Origin: Eledone cirrhosa | Lineage: Eukaryota | Direction: 5' to 3' | Length of the DNA stretch: 64,000 nt | Assembly (NCBI GenBank): GCA_964016885.1 | Contig: OZ024765.1 | Coordinates: 11,346,001 to 11,410,000 of the forward strand | Part shown: positions 15,790 to 28,978 of the stretch, piece by piece | Layout: every line of letters begins with the position of its first letter | Numbering within the stretch: position 1 is the stretch's first letter | The notes under the pieces: generated by a model | What the model saw: the letters and a program-made list of their open reading frames with translations, nothing else | What the model was told of the DNA's origin: nothing | The model's database searches: none | Translations under genes and position numbers: made by a program

Positions 15790-16122
15790 GGGTGTTGTTT
15801 GGAAATTTTGAAGGTGCCAGCTATCGCAGCCATTTGTAGACTATGAATTAGGGAGCTGCGCTCTTTGTCCGCAAATCCAAGTTCAGTCATACTTTAGTCC
15901 AAGCGGGTTGGTATATAACCCGTAGCTCCAATAATGATGGGTATGAAACTAAAGGTGTATCTTGGATACTGGATTTGTAAACTCCTCATCAATGGTCCGT
16001 AGATGTCCTCCTTCTCCTGTATTTTTCTGACAACGTTTACATCAAGTGGGCAGCTGATCTCCACAACAGAACACGTTTTCAATGTGTGGTCCCAAACAAC
16101 AATATCAAGCCGGTTGTGCTTT
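15790..16122 (-). pseudogene. Restriction-like endonuclease domain fragment of an R4/R2/NeSL-group non-LTR retrotransposon
   Basis: KHNRLDIVVWD..TCSVVEISCPLDVNV..K..EK...Y..L...IPIIIGATG is the RPD...E...P...K..KY pattern; internal stop at 15894. Confidence 0.8.
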
Positions 16123-16576
16123 AATGTATGTATGTGAGAGTGTATGTATGTATGTATATATGTGTATGTGAGTGTATGTATGTATGTATGTGAGAGTGTA
16201 TGTATATAGGTAATGGAGGTAATGAAAAGTAACAGTAAGTTGCCTGGTAATCTTTGTTTTGTTTTTTGTTATTAATCTTTAAAAAAAAACTAAAAACAAA
16301 ACAAAGATTACCAGGTAACTTTTACTTTTCGTTACCTTCATCTTACAGTCCATGTTGCATTGTTTAGCCTTCTATCTCTGTCATGACAAAAAGCACCCAG
16401 TCCACACTGTAAAGTGGTCATGTAGGTGTCATGACAAAAATCACCCAGTCCACACAGTGAAGTATATGTCTGCATGTATGTATGTGTGTATGTATATAAG
16501 TATATCCATGTGTATGTATGTGCATGTGTGTGAATGAGTGTATATATGCACATATGCTTGTATGTATGTATGTATA

Positions 16577-16869
16577 TATAAGAGGGATAAGTTGTAGTGT
16601 GCAGGAGAGAAGGCTGAGATGGTATGGACATGTGATGCGCATGGAGGATGACCGCTGGGTAAAGAAGTGCCAAGAAATCCCAGTAGAAGGAAGACTCAGT
16701 AGAGGTAGAACATGGGCGGAGGTGGTGAGAGCAGACCTCAGATCGCTGAAGATCACAGAGGAGATGACGAAGGACCGTGACAAGTGGAGAGATGCTGTGC
16801 TGACTAGGACCTGTCCCACCCTTGCAAGCAGGGAAAAGCGGACGTAAAATGGTTATGATGATGATGATG

Positions 16870-16870
<1 letters not shown>
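16577..16870 (+). mobile_element. RTE-clade LINE 3' end (family 2) with (GAT)n tail
   Basis: ERRLRWYGHVMRMEDDRWVKKC...DRDKWR. Confidence 0.85.
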
Positions 16871-16900
<30 letters not shown>

Positions 16901-17203
16901 AATTATTGTGTACAGTGCTCAGGTGCACTACAACTCATCAAAGGTGCATGTATAGTACATAGAATAATGTACAAATGTCAGGAAAATAAACAGTGTATGA
17001 GTCATGATATAATAACAATAACAATAATGAAATATTGTGCACAGTGCCCAGGTGCACCACAACCCATCAAAAAAGTGCATGTACAGTACAGTGTGTGTGT
17101 GTGTGTGTGTGCTGTGTAAATATGTTGTTTTTTCCAGTGTGTGTAGATATAGGTGTAAACATATATAAGTGTATATGAAAATGTGTCTGAAAGAGTATGT
17201 ATG

Positions 17204-17235
<32 letters not shown>

Positions 17236-17379
17236 TGTATGTATGTATGTATGTATGTATGTATGTATGTATATGCTAGGTAGTGCATGTGTAGTCAAGC
17301 TTGTATGTGTGTTTGTGTGCATGAGGTTAGATATGTATGCAGCAAAAGTTTGGATGTGTGTGTACATATGTATTGCTGT

Positions 17380-17620
17380 ATGTGTGTCCTTGAGCAAGGC
17401 ACTCTATTTAACGTAGCTCCAATACACTCAGCAACAAACATGCTGTACCTGTAATTCAAAAGGTCAGTTTTAGACACACACTGTGGTGCCAATGCTGAAT
17501 CTCCCTGAGAACTATGTTATGGTTACACATTTATGTAGAATGCTCAGCCACTTACACGTTTATTTCATAAGCAAGCTGTTCTGTTGATCAAATGATTGGA
17601 ATATTTATCATTAGTACAGA
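17380..17620 (+). mobile_element. SINE body and tail
   Basis: gtgtccttgagcaaggcac segment and ctgaatctccctgagaact tail shared with 33655/38257. Confidence 0.65.
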
Positions 17621-17670
17621 GTTCCAACAACATGTGTGTATACATGTGTTAGTGTGTACATATATACATA

Positions 17671-17705
<35 letters not shown>

Positions 17706-17772
17706 GTGTGTGTATATGTGTTAGTGTGTATAAAAATGTATATATATGTAAGTGTATATGTTAGTGTGTATA

Positions 17773-17806
<34 letters not shown>

Positions 17807-17955
17807 CCTGAATATGTCTATGTATGTGTGTGTACGTATGAGTTAGTGGGTGTATATATGTATGTATGTATTTGTGAATATGTCTATATGTGTGTGTATG
17901 TATGTGTTAGTGTGTATATATGTATGTATGTATGAATATGTCTATGAATTTGTTA

Positions 17956-17997
<42 letters not shown>

Positions 17998-18013
17998 ATG
18001 GATGTATGTGTTA

Positions 18014-18064
<51 letters not shown>

Positions 18065-18599
18065 CATATATGAATATGTCGATATATGTGTGTGTATGCA
18101 TGTGTTAGTGTATATATATGTATGCGTATGTATGGGTTAGTGTGTATAATACACATGTATGTGTAAATATGTGTTAGTGTGTATGTATATCTATCTGTAT
18201 GCATATGTGAATGTTTATGTATGTGTATGTGTGTCTTTATGTGTATGTATGTCTTTGTATGCATATATATATATGTATGTCTGTATGTGTATGCATGTAT
18301 GTGTATATATGTGTTAGCATGCGTGTGTATATATATATGTATGTATGCATGTCTGAATGTGCATATGTATATAAGTATATCCATGTGTATGTATGTGCAT
18401 GTGTGTGAATGAGTGTATATATGCATGTATGCATGTATGTTCATATGTGTGCGTATGAATGCATGAGTATATATCTATGTGTGTATGTATCTATATATGT
18501 GTGTGTATGTGCGTGCATATGGATGTATGCATGCATGCATATGTATGTATGTATATGTGCGTATGTATCTATGTATATGTGTGTGTGTATGTATGTACT

Positions 18600-19750
18600 T
18601 ATATGTATGTATGCATAAGATTATATGTATGTATTTCTGTATATATATGTGCATGTATGTATGTATATATATATGTATGTATGTATGTATCTATGTATAT
18701 GTGCGTATGTATTTCTGTATATATATGTGCATGTATGTATGTAAATATATGTATGTATGTATTTATGTATATATATGTGCATGTATGTATGTACTTATAT
18801 GTATGTATGCATAAGATTATATGTATGTATTTCTGTATATATATGTGCATGTATGTATGTACATATATGTATGTATGTATCTATGTATATGTGCATATGT
18901 ATTTCTGTATATATATGTGCATGTATGAATGTATATACATGTATGTATGTATGTATCTATGTATATGTGCATATGTATTTCTGTATATATATGTGCATGC
19001 ATGTATGTACATATATGTATGTATGTATCTATGTATATGTGCATATGTATTTCTGTATATATATGTGCATGTATGTATGTACATATATGTATGTATGTAT
19101 CTATGTATATGTGCATATGTATTTCTGTATATATATGTGCATGTATGTATGTAAATATATGTATGTATGTATCTATGTATATGTGCATATGTATTTCTGT
19201 ATATATATGTGCATATATGTATGTACATATATGTATGTATGTATCTATGTATATGTGCATATGTATTTCTGTATATATATGTGCATGTATGTATGTAAAT
19301 ATATGTATGTATGTATCTATGTATATGTGCATATGTATTTCTGTATATATATGTGCATGTATGTATGTACATATATGTATGTATGTATCTATGTATATGT
19401 GCATATGTATTTCTGTATATATATATGCATGTATGTATGTACACATATGTATGTATCTATGTATATCTGCATATGTATTTCTGTATATATATGTGCATGT
19501 ATGTATGTACATATATGTATGTACATATATGTATGTATGTATCTATGTATATGTGCATATGTATTTCTGTATATATATGTGAATGTATGTATGTACATAT
19601 ATGTATGTACACATATGTATGTATGTATCTATGTATATGTGCATATGTATTTCTGTATATATATGTGAATGTATGTATGTGCATGTATGTATGTACATAT
19701 ATGTATGTATGTATTTATGTATATGTGCATATGTATTTATGTATATGTAC
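18600..19750. repeat. ~72-bp TATG-rich minisatellite
   Basis: atttctgtat recurs with period ~72. Confidence 0.85.
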
Positions 19751-20279
19751 ATATGTATGCGTGAAAGCATGAGTAACTATATATATATGTATGTTTACAT
19801 GCGTGCATGCGTGTGAGCTTTCTATCACGACAGACAGTTCAATAACATTGTAAATGCATAGCAACCCAATATTTTTTTGGAGAGGTCAGGGGTCAAACGC
19901 TCTGATGAACATTCACCTTCAATACTTTACCACACCCATCTTCTAACCGCCCCCGCCACCCACACATTACTACCATGTTCAATCCCACCACCACCACCAC
20001 CACCACATTCAATCTCAGCAGCAACACCATCACATTCAATAACACCAACACCACCACCACACCATCACATTCAATACCACCAACACCACCACCATCACAT
20101 TCAATACCAACACCACCACCACCATCACATTCAATACCACCAACACCACCACCACCATCACATTTAATCTCAGCAGCAACACCATCACATTCAATACCAC
20201 CAACACATCACATTCAATCCCACCATCACCACCACACCACCACATCACATTCAATCCCACCACCACCACCACCACCGTG

Positions 20280-20286
20280 TTCGAGA

Positions 20287-20350
<64 letters not shown>

Positions 20351-21400
20351 CAAGGGCTGAGAAAAAGAAAGAGTGAAAAAATAGCTTAGGTAGATCATAT
20401 GATGAGAAGTAGTAGTAGTAGTGGTGGTGGTGGTGGTAGTAGTAGTAGTGATAGTAGTAGTAGTAGTAGTGGTGGTAGTATTCGTGGTAATAGTAGTAGT
20501 AGTGATAGTAGTAGTAGTACTGGTGGTGGAAGTAGTAGTAGTAGTAGTAGTAATAGTAGTGGTGGTGGAAATAGTACTAGTAGTAGAGGTAGTAGTAGTG
20601 GTGGTGGAAATAGTAGTAGTAGTAGTGGTGGTGGAAATAGTAGTAGTGGTAGTAGTAGTGGTGGTGGAAATAGTAGTAGTGGTAGTAGTAGTGGTGGTGG
20701 TGGTGGTAGATACTAAGATAAGGTAAAGAGAGAGGTGAGAGTGAGATTACAGAAGCAGTTAGAAACTGAGGGGGTGAGGAAGAGGTGGAGAAGGGGTGGT
20801 TGGAGGGAGAGAGGGGAGGAAGGGGCATGATAAAAGAGCAAGGGAGAGGAATGAGGAAGAGGATAGGAGAGAGGAAGGATGGGAATAGAATAGGAGAAAT
20901 AGGGGGGGGGGGGATAAAGAAGGAAATAAAAAGAAAGAGAAAGAGAGAGAGGGTGAGGGAGACAGAGGGGGAGAGAGAGGGGAGGGAGAGAGGGGGGGGG
21001 GAGAGAGGTAGGGAGACTAAGAGAGAAAGAAAGAGACTAAGAGAGAGAGAGAGAGAGAGAGAAAGAAAGAGACTAAGAGAGAAAGAGAGAGAAAGAGATT
21101 AAGAGAGAGAGTGGGGAGAGAGAGAAAGAGAGAGTGGAGAGAGAGAAAGAGAGAGTGGAGAGTGGGGGAGGGAGAGAGGGAGGGAGAGTGGGGGAGGGAG
21201 AGAGGGAGGGAGAGTGGGGGAGGGAGTGGGGGAGGGAGAGAGGGAGGGAGAGTGGGGGAGGGAGACTAAGAGAGAGAGGGAGAGAGAGGGAGGGAGACTA
21301 AGAGAGAAAGAGACGAAGAGAGTGAGGGGGAGAGAGAAAGAGACGAAGAGAGTGAGGGGGAGAGAGAAAGAAAAAGACTAAGAGAGAGAGGGGCAGAGAG
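20280..21400. repeat. (GA)n, (AGT/GGT)n and purine-rich low-complexity tracts
   Basis: Directly visible. Confidence 0.9.
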
Positions 21401-21587
21401 GGATGTGTAGTGTGATATTTAGTTCTATAAAGAAAGCGGGGGTGGTGGTATGGTGAAGGTGAATGAGTCAATAAAATATGTTTGATAGAATATTATTGAT
21501 CCAGAATAAATATAAAGTACAGAGAGTTTTCATAGGATTTGAACTCACAATGTGGAGCATTGAAATTATATATATATATATATATAT

Positions 21588-22445
21588 GTAAAAGTGGATG
21601 AATACTTCAACAGGTACTATGAGAAATATGCAAGTTGTTTATAATATTTGTGGTTCAATGGTACTAATTCGAGATACCAGAACAATATAAAAAGTAGCGG
21701 AGCAAACGGTTATCAAACAATTCTCTAAATATATTAAAAAACGATTTAAATAATCTCCTTATCATCATCATCATCATCATCACCGTTTTACGTCCGTTCT
21801 TCCACGCTAGCATGGGTTAGACGGGTTGTCCTGTTGTGGGCAGTGTCTGGTCGGCTGACCATGCCTTGCTCATACAGGAACTGATCTGGCTTGATTTCTA
21901 CAGCTGGATGCCCTTCCTAACACCAACCTCATTTACAGTGAGTGCTGGGTGCTTTTTCGTGGCGCCTACACGTCCACTTTACAGTGTGGGCTGGGTGCTT
22001 TTTTGCCGTGGCACCTCCACGACCACCTTGCAGTGGGGGGGCATATTGTCTATATGCTTCAGCTTGTACCCATGGGAGGTCGGGTACCTTATGTAGAGAA
22101 CAAAACGTTGAATAATGCTGCTAATTTTAGTGGCAATATCAACATGTTTATAATAAACAGCTATTATCTGCGACCTGATTTTGCGTGTGTGTCATTTTAA
22201 CGGCTTGATCGCATGCGTTGGGCAGGAAGCGAAATATTTACTTACTGTAGGGCTTGCAACCTTATAGTGTGGAAATAGGCTGTCTGAAGATTCATTTTTT
22301 TCCATTGGAAATTCTCTGGATTTCCAATCTTTTGGAATGATGAAACCGTCGGTAACAGCAATAGAACAGGTGATTATTTAAATCGTTTTTTAATTTATTT
22401 AGAGAAATGTTTGATAACCGCTTGCTCCGCTACTTTTTTATTATA
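21588..22445 (-). mobile_element. PLE-like inverted-terminus element, family A, interrupted by an RTE-tailed SINE (21762-22095)
   Basis: 21685-21757 is the reverse complement of 22370-22443; (TA)n on both sides; hammerhead inside. Confidence 0.7.
22279..22359 (+). ncRNA. Type I hammerhead ribozyme
   Basis: gctgt CTGAAGA [long stem II ttggaaat/atttccaa] GAAA ccgtcg GTA acagc; perfect stem I, stem III acc/ggt. Confidence 0.85.
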
Positions 22446-22463
22446 TATATATGTATATATATA

Positions 22464-22658
22464 TAGGAAAAAGTATGACCCCGACGGCAGAGCTCAAGCC
22501 GTTTCAACGGCTATTTCTGGACTCAGAAATAGCCGTCGAAACGGCTTGAGCTCTGCCGTCGGGGTCATACTTTTTCCTATTTCCCACTCTACTACCCTAA
22601 GTATTGAGTACTCTCGTGCGTTATGGTCCATCTGGTTCCTTACCACAATTCCTTTGTT
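22464..22658 (+). mobile_element. PLE-like hairpin element, family B (3' half of a hammerhead)
   Basis: ~55-bp inverted arms, GAAACGGC..GCCGTC^GGGGTC, ~80-nt tail, (TA)n flanks; other copies at 25413, 34625, 47578, 52353. Confidence 0.8.
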
Positions 22659-22744
22659 ATATATATATATATCACTATCCAGCAAACCTCAACCATTAAG
22701 GTTGTCTTTATGCGGGTATGTCAATATTTATAAAACAAATTTGT

Positions 22745-22805
22745 ATTTTATCTGATGAAAGCGCACCGATGTGTCTTGGTACCCTTGAAATATATATAAT
22801 AAAAT
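22745..22805 (+). ncRNA. Hammerhead ribozyme (family D element, 22680-22930)
   Basis: attttat CTGATGA aag..ctt GAAA tatata TA ataaaat; perfect 7-bp stem I. Confidence 0.8.
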
Positions 22806-22967
22806 AATTATGGTTTTATAAATATAGTTTCCATTTATTAATAAATTGAATATTTACTCCACTAATCTGTTGAGTGCTCTATATCAGTTATAAAAATGTT
22901 TAAGCTTGTTGAATCCCAACCTCTGCGCATATATATATATATGTATGTATGTGTGTGTGTGTGTGTG

Positions 22968-23110
22968 TGGAGGCACATGGCTTAGTGGTTAGAGCATTGG
23001 CCTTGCAATCGAAAGGTTGTGAGTTCAATTCTCAGACCGGGTGATGTGTTGTTTCCTTGAGCAAGACACTTTATTTCACATTGCTCCAGTTGACTCAGCT
23101 GTAGAAATGA
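22968..23110 (+). mobile_element. tRNA-headed SINE
   Basis: tggcttagtggtt A box, gagttcaattc B box, ccttgagcaagacact segment. Confidence 0.8.
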
Positions 23111-23324
23111 GATGATAGGGACTGGGGTCCCTATCATTCCACTGCAAAGTGGTCGTGGAGGTGCCACGGCAAAAAAGCACCCAGCACTCACTGTAAATGA
23201 GGTTGGTGTTAGGAAGGGCATCCAGCTGTAGAAATCAAGCCAGAATCAGTTCCCGTCCCACCCTTGCAAGCAGGGAAAAAGCGGACGTAAAATGAAATGA
23301 TGATGATGATGATGAAATGATATA

Positions 23325-23600
23325 TGTGTGTGTGCATGTTAGGTATTTCTGAAGAAAAACCAAAGGAAAAAAGAGTGCTCTATGTGTAGAACAGAGCTAT
23401 TTAATTAGAAAGTGAACAACACAGTATATAACTACTCCATTACCAAAGGTTTCAAAGGCCTAGACAATATTAATATATGTCTGGATCGTTCATCAGATAA
23501 AGAGGTTGATGAACGATCTAGACATATGTTTATATTGTCTAGGGTCCTGAAACCTTTGATAATGGAAGAGTTATATATTGTGTTGTTCACTTTTTAATTA
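23325..23600 (-). mobile_element. PLE-like hairpin element, family E, hammerhead at 23435-23502 (-)
   Basis: Inverted arms 23402-23495 and 23507-23600; ctttat CTGATGA...GAAA cctttg GTA atggag. Confidence 0.75.
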
Positions 23601-23630
23601 TATATATATATCAACTAGAAATAGATTGAC

Positions 23631-23662
<32 letters not shown>

Positions 23663-23959
23663 AATACATGGAACAATCACAGGGAATAATTTGTAAAGAA
23701 TGTAGGCACACATAGCTAGGTAGGTAACTAATTAAAGTTTAACTAGAACTTCAAATATAGATACCTTTTAAAATGATTAATCTCCTTTGTATATATTTCT
23801 TTAGGTAAGAAATATTTTTCACCAATTAATCAGTAAATCATAGATATATGACGTGACTTCTAATGATCAGTGATTTTTAGACACACCGGATTAATGAAAC
23901 AATTGTTAATACTTTAAATAAACCCTATTGGAAAGCCGACCACGTATTCTTCACTCTTT

Positions 23960-24005
<46 letters not shown>

Positions 24006-24252
24006 TCATCATCTTCGTTTAAAGTCTATCTTCCACGCTAGCATGGGTTAGACGGGAGTTGTCCCACTTGAGGCAAGGTTGGTCGGATGACCGTCTCTCG
24101 CTCATATAGGACTAAAAAATAAATCAAACACAAAACGCCAGCACCAACAGTTTTGCAAGAGATGTCAACATGAAAGGACCTGTTGTGTTTATCTAAAGAC
24201 ATTTTTTTCCAATTCCAACCAGCCCGTCCCCTCAATCTACCTTATTTATCAT

Positions 24253-24292
24253 TCTTTATTCTGATGAAGGACTAGCGTCCGAAACGTCAAGA
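24253..24292 (+). ncRNA. Minimal hammerhead ribozyme
   Basis: CTGATGA a ggac-tagc-gtcc GAAAC GTC; palindromic ACGT stem III as in PLE minimal hammerheads; stem I weak. Confidence 0.7.
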
Positions 24293-24448
24293 CCCTCTTC
24301 TTGCTATATCAAGCATTAACCTAATATATACCTTCCATATACTGTACCGATTGTGTTGTTATTTCTGTTTACCTTTTACATACATATATATATATATATA
24401 TATGTCTTGGTACTCTTATCAGAATATATAGTTTTACAAACTTGCCTG

Positions 24449-24484
<36 letters not shown>

Positions 24485-24487
<3 letters not shown>

Positions 24488-25090
24488 ACCGACCTGTGGG
24501 GCTATGTAGAACGACTATTGTCGTGGGTGGGACCAATCCGGTTGACCACCGAGTCCATTGTTATTATCAAACCGCCACCCTCCTTCAAAAATGAAGGAGA
24601 GGCGGTTTTCCTTTGTGTGATAGCTATGGCGAAAGAGGTTGTATGGTGGACGAGGTTGAAAGGGCTGAGGTCAGACACGTTTCTCTTTGGTCAACAACTG
24701 ATTCTTTTTTTTCAAATACTACTTTGGAAGAAGAATCAGGATGGAGAGAGAGGTGCTGTACGCCAGCAAGTTTTATGAAAGGTGGGTGAAAGTGGCGAGA
24801 ATGGCCCGAGTAAATGGGCCTTCTCTCTATATCAGCCTGTAGGTTGAGGAAAAGGAGGAAGAGAAGAAAGGGGTACAAACTCTTCATACTCCTGGAGATG
24901 AGGGTTGCACATTTTTTGGGGGGTATGTGTTACCCATATGTAATGTCTGCCCCTATTGGGAAAAAAAAATTGCTTAATTTTTAAATTGCATTTGTGATAA
25001 TATTTTACACGTTTTTATTGTATGTAAACTTCCCCCTTTGTACTGTCCCCTTCTTTTGTGCCCCTGTGGCTAATAAAGAAACATATCTAC
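24485..25090 (+). mobile_element. Tx1/L1-group LINE 3' end in (TATC)n
   Basis: DLWGYVERLL...AVFLCVIAMAKEVVWWTRLKG...LILFF; frameshifted ...ERWVKVARM; aataaa then tatc. Confidence 0.65.
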
Positions 25091-25323
25091 CTATATATAC
25101 ATTCTCTCTCTCTCTCTCTCACTATATATATATATATGTGTGTGTATAGTAATAATAATAAATGTGAAGACTAAAATCCAATAACATAACAACGAATTAT
25201 CTTCACTTTTTTCAATTCATTGCCTGGGTACGTCTTCACAAACCAAAGTATCGTCGTCCTGTTTTCCTTCGGTTGAAACGTTCTTCGAAATATTTATTTC
25301 TGCGTTCACAGATTGATTTTTTT

Positions 25324-25374
25324 AGTTTCAGAAGATACCGTTAAGGGTGAAAGCAGCGATTCTTTGCTTAAACT
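25324..25374 (+). ncRNA. Hammerhead ribozyme with CAGAAGA core variant (family G element, 25150-25398)
   Basis: agttt CAGAAGA tacc-gttaa-gggt GAAA gca..tgc TT aaact. Confidence 0.65.
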
Positions 25375-25412
25375 TTAATCTGTTATTTTAATAAATATAT
25401 ATATATATATAT

Positions 25413-25616
25413 AACGGAGGAAATGTGGTAAGGAACCAGGTGGACCATAACGCACCAAAGTACTCAATACTTAGGGTAGTAGAGTGGGTAATAGGAACGA
25501 GTAGGACCCCGACGGCTGAGCTCAAGCTGTTTCGACGGCTAATTCTGGACTTTCTTAGTCCAGAATTAGCCGTCGAAACGGCTTGAGCTCAGCCGTCGGG
25601 GTCCTACTCGTTCCTA
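25413..25616 (-). mobile_element. PLE-like hairpin element, family B
   Basis: ~60-bp inverted arms around 25554 plus tail; (TA)n flanks. Confidence 0.8.
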
Positions 25617-25695
25617 TATATATATATATATATATATTAATAATTGTTTCTACTTTTGGCACAAGGCCAGCAATTACCCAGTGCATTACTGGAAC

Positions 25696-25920
25696 TTTAA
25701 GAGATCTGCATGGTGTGGATGTTTTCAAGAAACATCTCAACCCCTTGCTATCCATAATCCCAGATGAGCTCACAGCATGGTATGAAGGTAACCTAGGGCC
25801 AGCAGCAACAAACTCCCTCTTACACCCATGGCCAGCCAACACAGGCTGGAGATAGAATGTGTAGCAACAAGGGCAGTGCCCCAGCATGGCCTCAGCCGTA
25901 TGGTTGGAACAAGTAAAAGA
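25696..25920 (+). mobile_element. CR1-group LINE 3' end (second family)
   Basis: LRDLHGVDVFKKHLNPLLSIIPDE...AATNSLL resembles the FK..LD..L..IPDEP..NSL pattern. Confidence 0.65.
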
Positions 25921-25961
<41 letters not shown>

Positions 25962-26384
25962 CATCTTCCATTATAATTTTGTGAGAACCTTTGTTAAGTT
26001 ATGTTCCAAATTATAAACTGTCTTTCAATAGAAATGTGGTACCATAAGGGTTAAAGTGTTTATATTTATTTGAAATACTTCCATTGCAATTTTATGAGAA
26101 CCTTTGTAAAGTTATGTCCCAAATCATAGACAATGGGGTAACAAAAGATTTAAAGTGTTTATATTTATATAGAACACATCCATCATAATTTTAACTCAAA
26201 ACCTTTATTAAGTTATGTTCCACACACTAGCTTAATGATAAAGTTATATCGTTAACTTCTGCCAGTTTCTGGATTATTTTTTTAAATGACTTGTAAATCA
26301 GACAGTGAAATATGGTAATGTAAGGGTTAAAGTATTTATATATTGCTTCCATTATATGTGAGAACCCGTTTAACTTTAATGAGT

Positions 26385-28045
26385 ATATGGTGACTGTAGG
26401 TGTGACTGTAAAGAGATATCAGGTGTGACTTTAATGAGAGCGTATGGTGACTGTAGGTGTGACTGTAAAGAGATATCAGGTGTGACTTTAATGAGTATAT
26501 GGTGACTGTAGGTGTGACTGTAAAGAGATATCAGGTGTGACTTTAATGAGAGCGTATGGTGACTGTAGGTGTGACTGTAAAGAGATATCAGGTGTGGCTT
26601 TAATGAGAGCGTATGGTGACTGTAGGTGTGACTGTAAAGAGATATCAGGTGTGACTTTAATGAGAGGGTGTTGAGAGTGCAACAGGTAATGTGACTGTAA
26701 TGAGACTATGTTGTGACTGCAAAAAGACTGTTGTGACTGCAGGAGGGGTGACTGTAATGAGATAGTAGGTGTGACTGTAATGGGACTGTGTTGTGACTGC
26801 AAAAAGACTGTGCTGTGACTGCAGGAGGGGTGACTGTAATGAGATAGTAGGTGTGACTGTAATGGGACTGTGTTGTGACTGCAAAAAGACTGTGCTGTGA
26901 CTGCAGGAGGGGTGACTGTAATGAGACTGTGTTGTGACTGTAAAGAGATAGTAGGTGTGACTGTGTTGTGACTGTAATGAGACTGTGTTGTGACTGTAAA
27001 GAGATAGTAGGTGTGACTGTGTTGTGACTGTAATGAGACTGTTGTGACTGTAAAGAGATAGTAGGTGTGACTGTGTTGTGACTGTAATGAGACTGTGTTG
27101 TGACTGTAAAGAGATAGTAGGTGTGACTGTGTTGTGACTGTAATGAGACTGTGTTGTGACTGTAAAGAGATAGTAGGTGTGACTGTGTTGTGACTGTAAT
27201 GAGACTGTGTTGTGACTGTAAAGAGATAGTAGGTGTGACTGTGTTGTGACTGTAATGAGACTGTGTTGTGACTGTAATGAGATAGTAGGTGTGACTGTGT
27301 TGTGACTGTAATGAGACTGTGTTGTGACTGTAAAGAGATAGTAGGTGTGACTGTGTTGTGACAGTAATGAGACTGTGTTGTGACTGTAAAGAGATAGTAG
27401 GTGTGACTGTGTTGTGACTGTAATGAGACTGTGTTGTGACTGTAAAGAGATAGTAGGTGTGACTGTGTTGTGACTGTAATGAGACTGTGTTGTGACTGTA
27501 AAGAGATAGTAGGTGTGACTGTGTTGTGACTGTAATGAGACTGTGTTGTGACTGTAATGAGATAGTAGGTGTGACTGTGTTGTGACTGTAATGAGACTGT
27601 GTTGTGACTGTAAAGAGATAGTAGGTGTGACTGTGTTGTGACAGTAATGAGACTGTGTTGTGACTGTAAAGAGATAGTAGGTGTGACTGTGTTGTGACTG
27701 TAAAGAGATAGTAGGTGTGACTGTGTTGTGACTGTAATGAGACTATAAAGAGACTGTGTTGTGCCGTAATGAGACTGTGTTGTGACAGTAACAGGTAATG
27801 TGACTGTAACAAGACTGTGTTGTGCCGTAATGAGACTGTGTTGTGACAGTAACAGGTAATGTGACTGTAAAGAGATAGTAGGTGTGACTGTGTTGTGACT
27901 GTAATGAGACTATAAAGAGACTGTGTTGTGCCGTAATGAGACTGTGTTGTGACAGTAACAGGTAATGTGACTGTAACAAGACTGTGTTGTGCCGTAATGA
28001 GACTGTGTTGTGACAGTAACAGGTAATGTGACTATAACGAGATAG
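26385..28045. repeat. Complex GTGACTGT-based minisatellite with several higher-order units
   Basis: Directly visible. Confidence 0.9.
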
Positions 28046-28164
28046 CAGGTGTTGTTACAATGTACAAGCGCTGCCTGCTACATGCTGCACTGCTCTGTTT
28101 GCATGTGTTTCAAACATCTGTGCAGCTGCATCTTCAGTGCACATGACTTGAATGATATGGTTTG

Positions 28165-28978
28165 TAGTGGTGGTGGTGGTGGTGGTGGTGTTGGTGGTAG
28201 TGGTGGTAGTGGTGGAGGTGGTGGTGGTGGTGGTGGTGGTGGTGGTGGTGGTAGTGGTGATGGTGGTGGTGTGTTGGTGGTGTGTTGGTGGTGGTGGAGG
28301 TGGTGGTGGTGGTGGTGGTGGTGATGGTGGTAGTGGTGATGGTGTGTTGGTGGTGATGGTGGTGGTGTGTTGGTGATGGTGGCGGTGGTGGTGATGGTGG
28401 TGGTGGTAGAGGTGATGGTGTGTTGGTGGTGATGGTGGTGGTGTGTTGGTGATGGTGGCGGTGGTGGCGGTGGTGGTGATGGTGGTGGTGGTAGAGGTGA
28501 TGGTGTGTTGGTGGTGATGGTGGTGGTGTGTTGGTGGTGTGTTGGTGGTGGTGGTGGTGGTGGTGGTGGTAGTGGTGGTGGTGGTGGTAGTGGTGGTGGT
28601 AGTGGTGATGGTGGTGGTGTGTTGGTGGTGGTGGAGGTGGTGGTGGTGGTGGTGATGGTGGTAGTGGTGATGGTGTGTTGGTGGTGGTGTTGGTGGTAGT
28701 GGTGGTAGTGGTGGAGGTGGTGGTGGTGGTGGTGGTGATGGTGGTGGTGGTGGTGGTGGTGATGGTGGTGATGGTGGTGGTGATGGTGATTGTGGTAGTG
28801 GTGATGGTGGTGGTGGTAGTGGTGATGGTGGTGTGTAGTGGTGGTGGCGGTGGTGGTAGTGGTGGTGGCGGTGGTGGTAGTGGTGGTGTGTAGTGGTGGT
28901 GGTGGTGGTACTAGTGGTGTGTAGTGGTGGTAGTGGTGGTGTGTAGTGGTGGTGTGTAGTGGTGGTGGTGGTAGTAGG
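28165..28978. repeat. (GGT)n microsatellite
   Basis: Directly visible. Confidence 0.95.

Noticed and set aside
22464-22658. Hairpin islands as ordinary MITEs or pre-miRNAs
   Set aside because: Asymmetric tail, variable inversion centres among copies and hammerhead motifs fit PLE termini better
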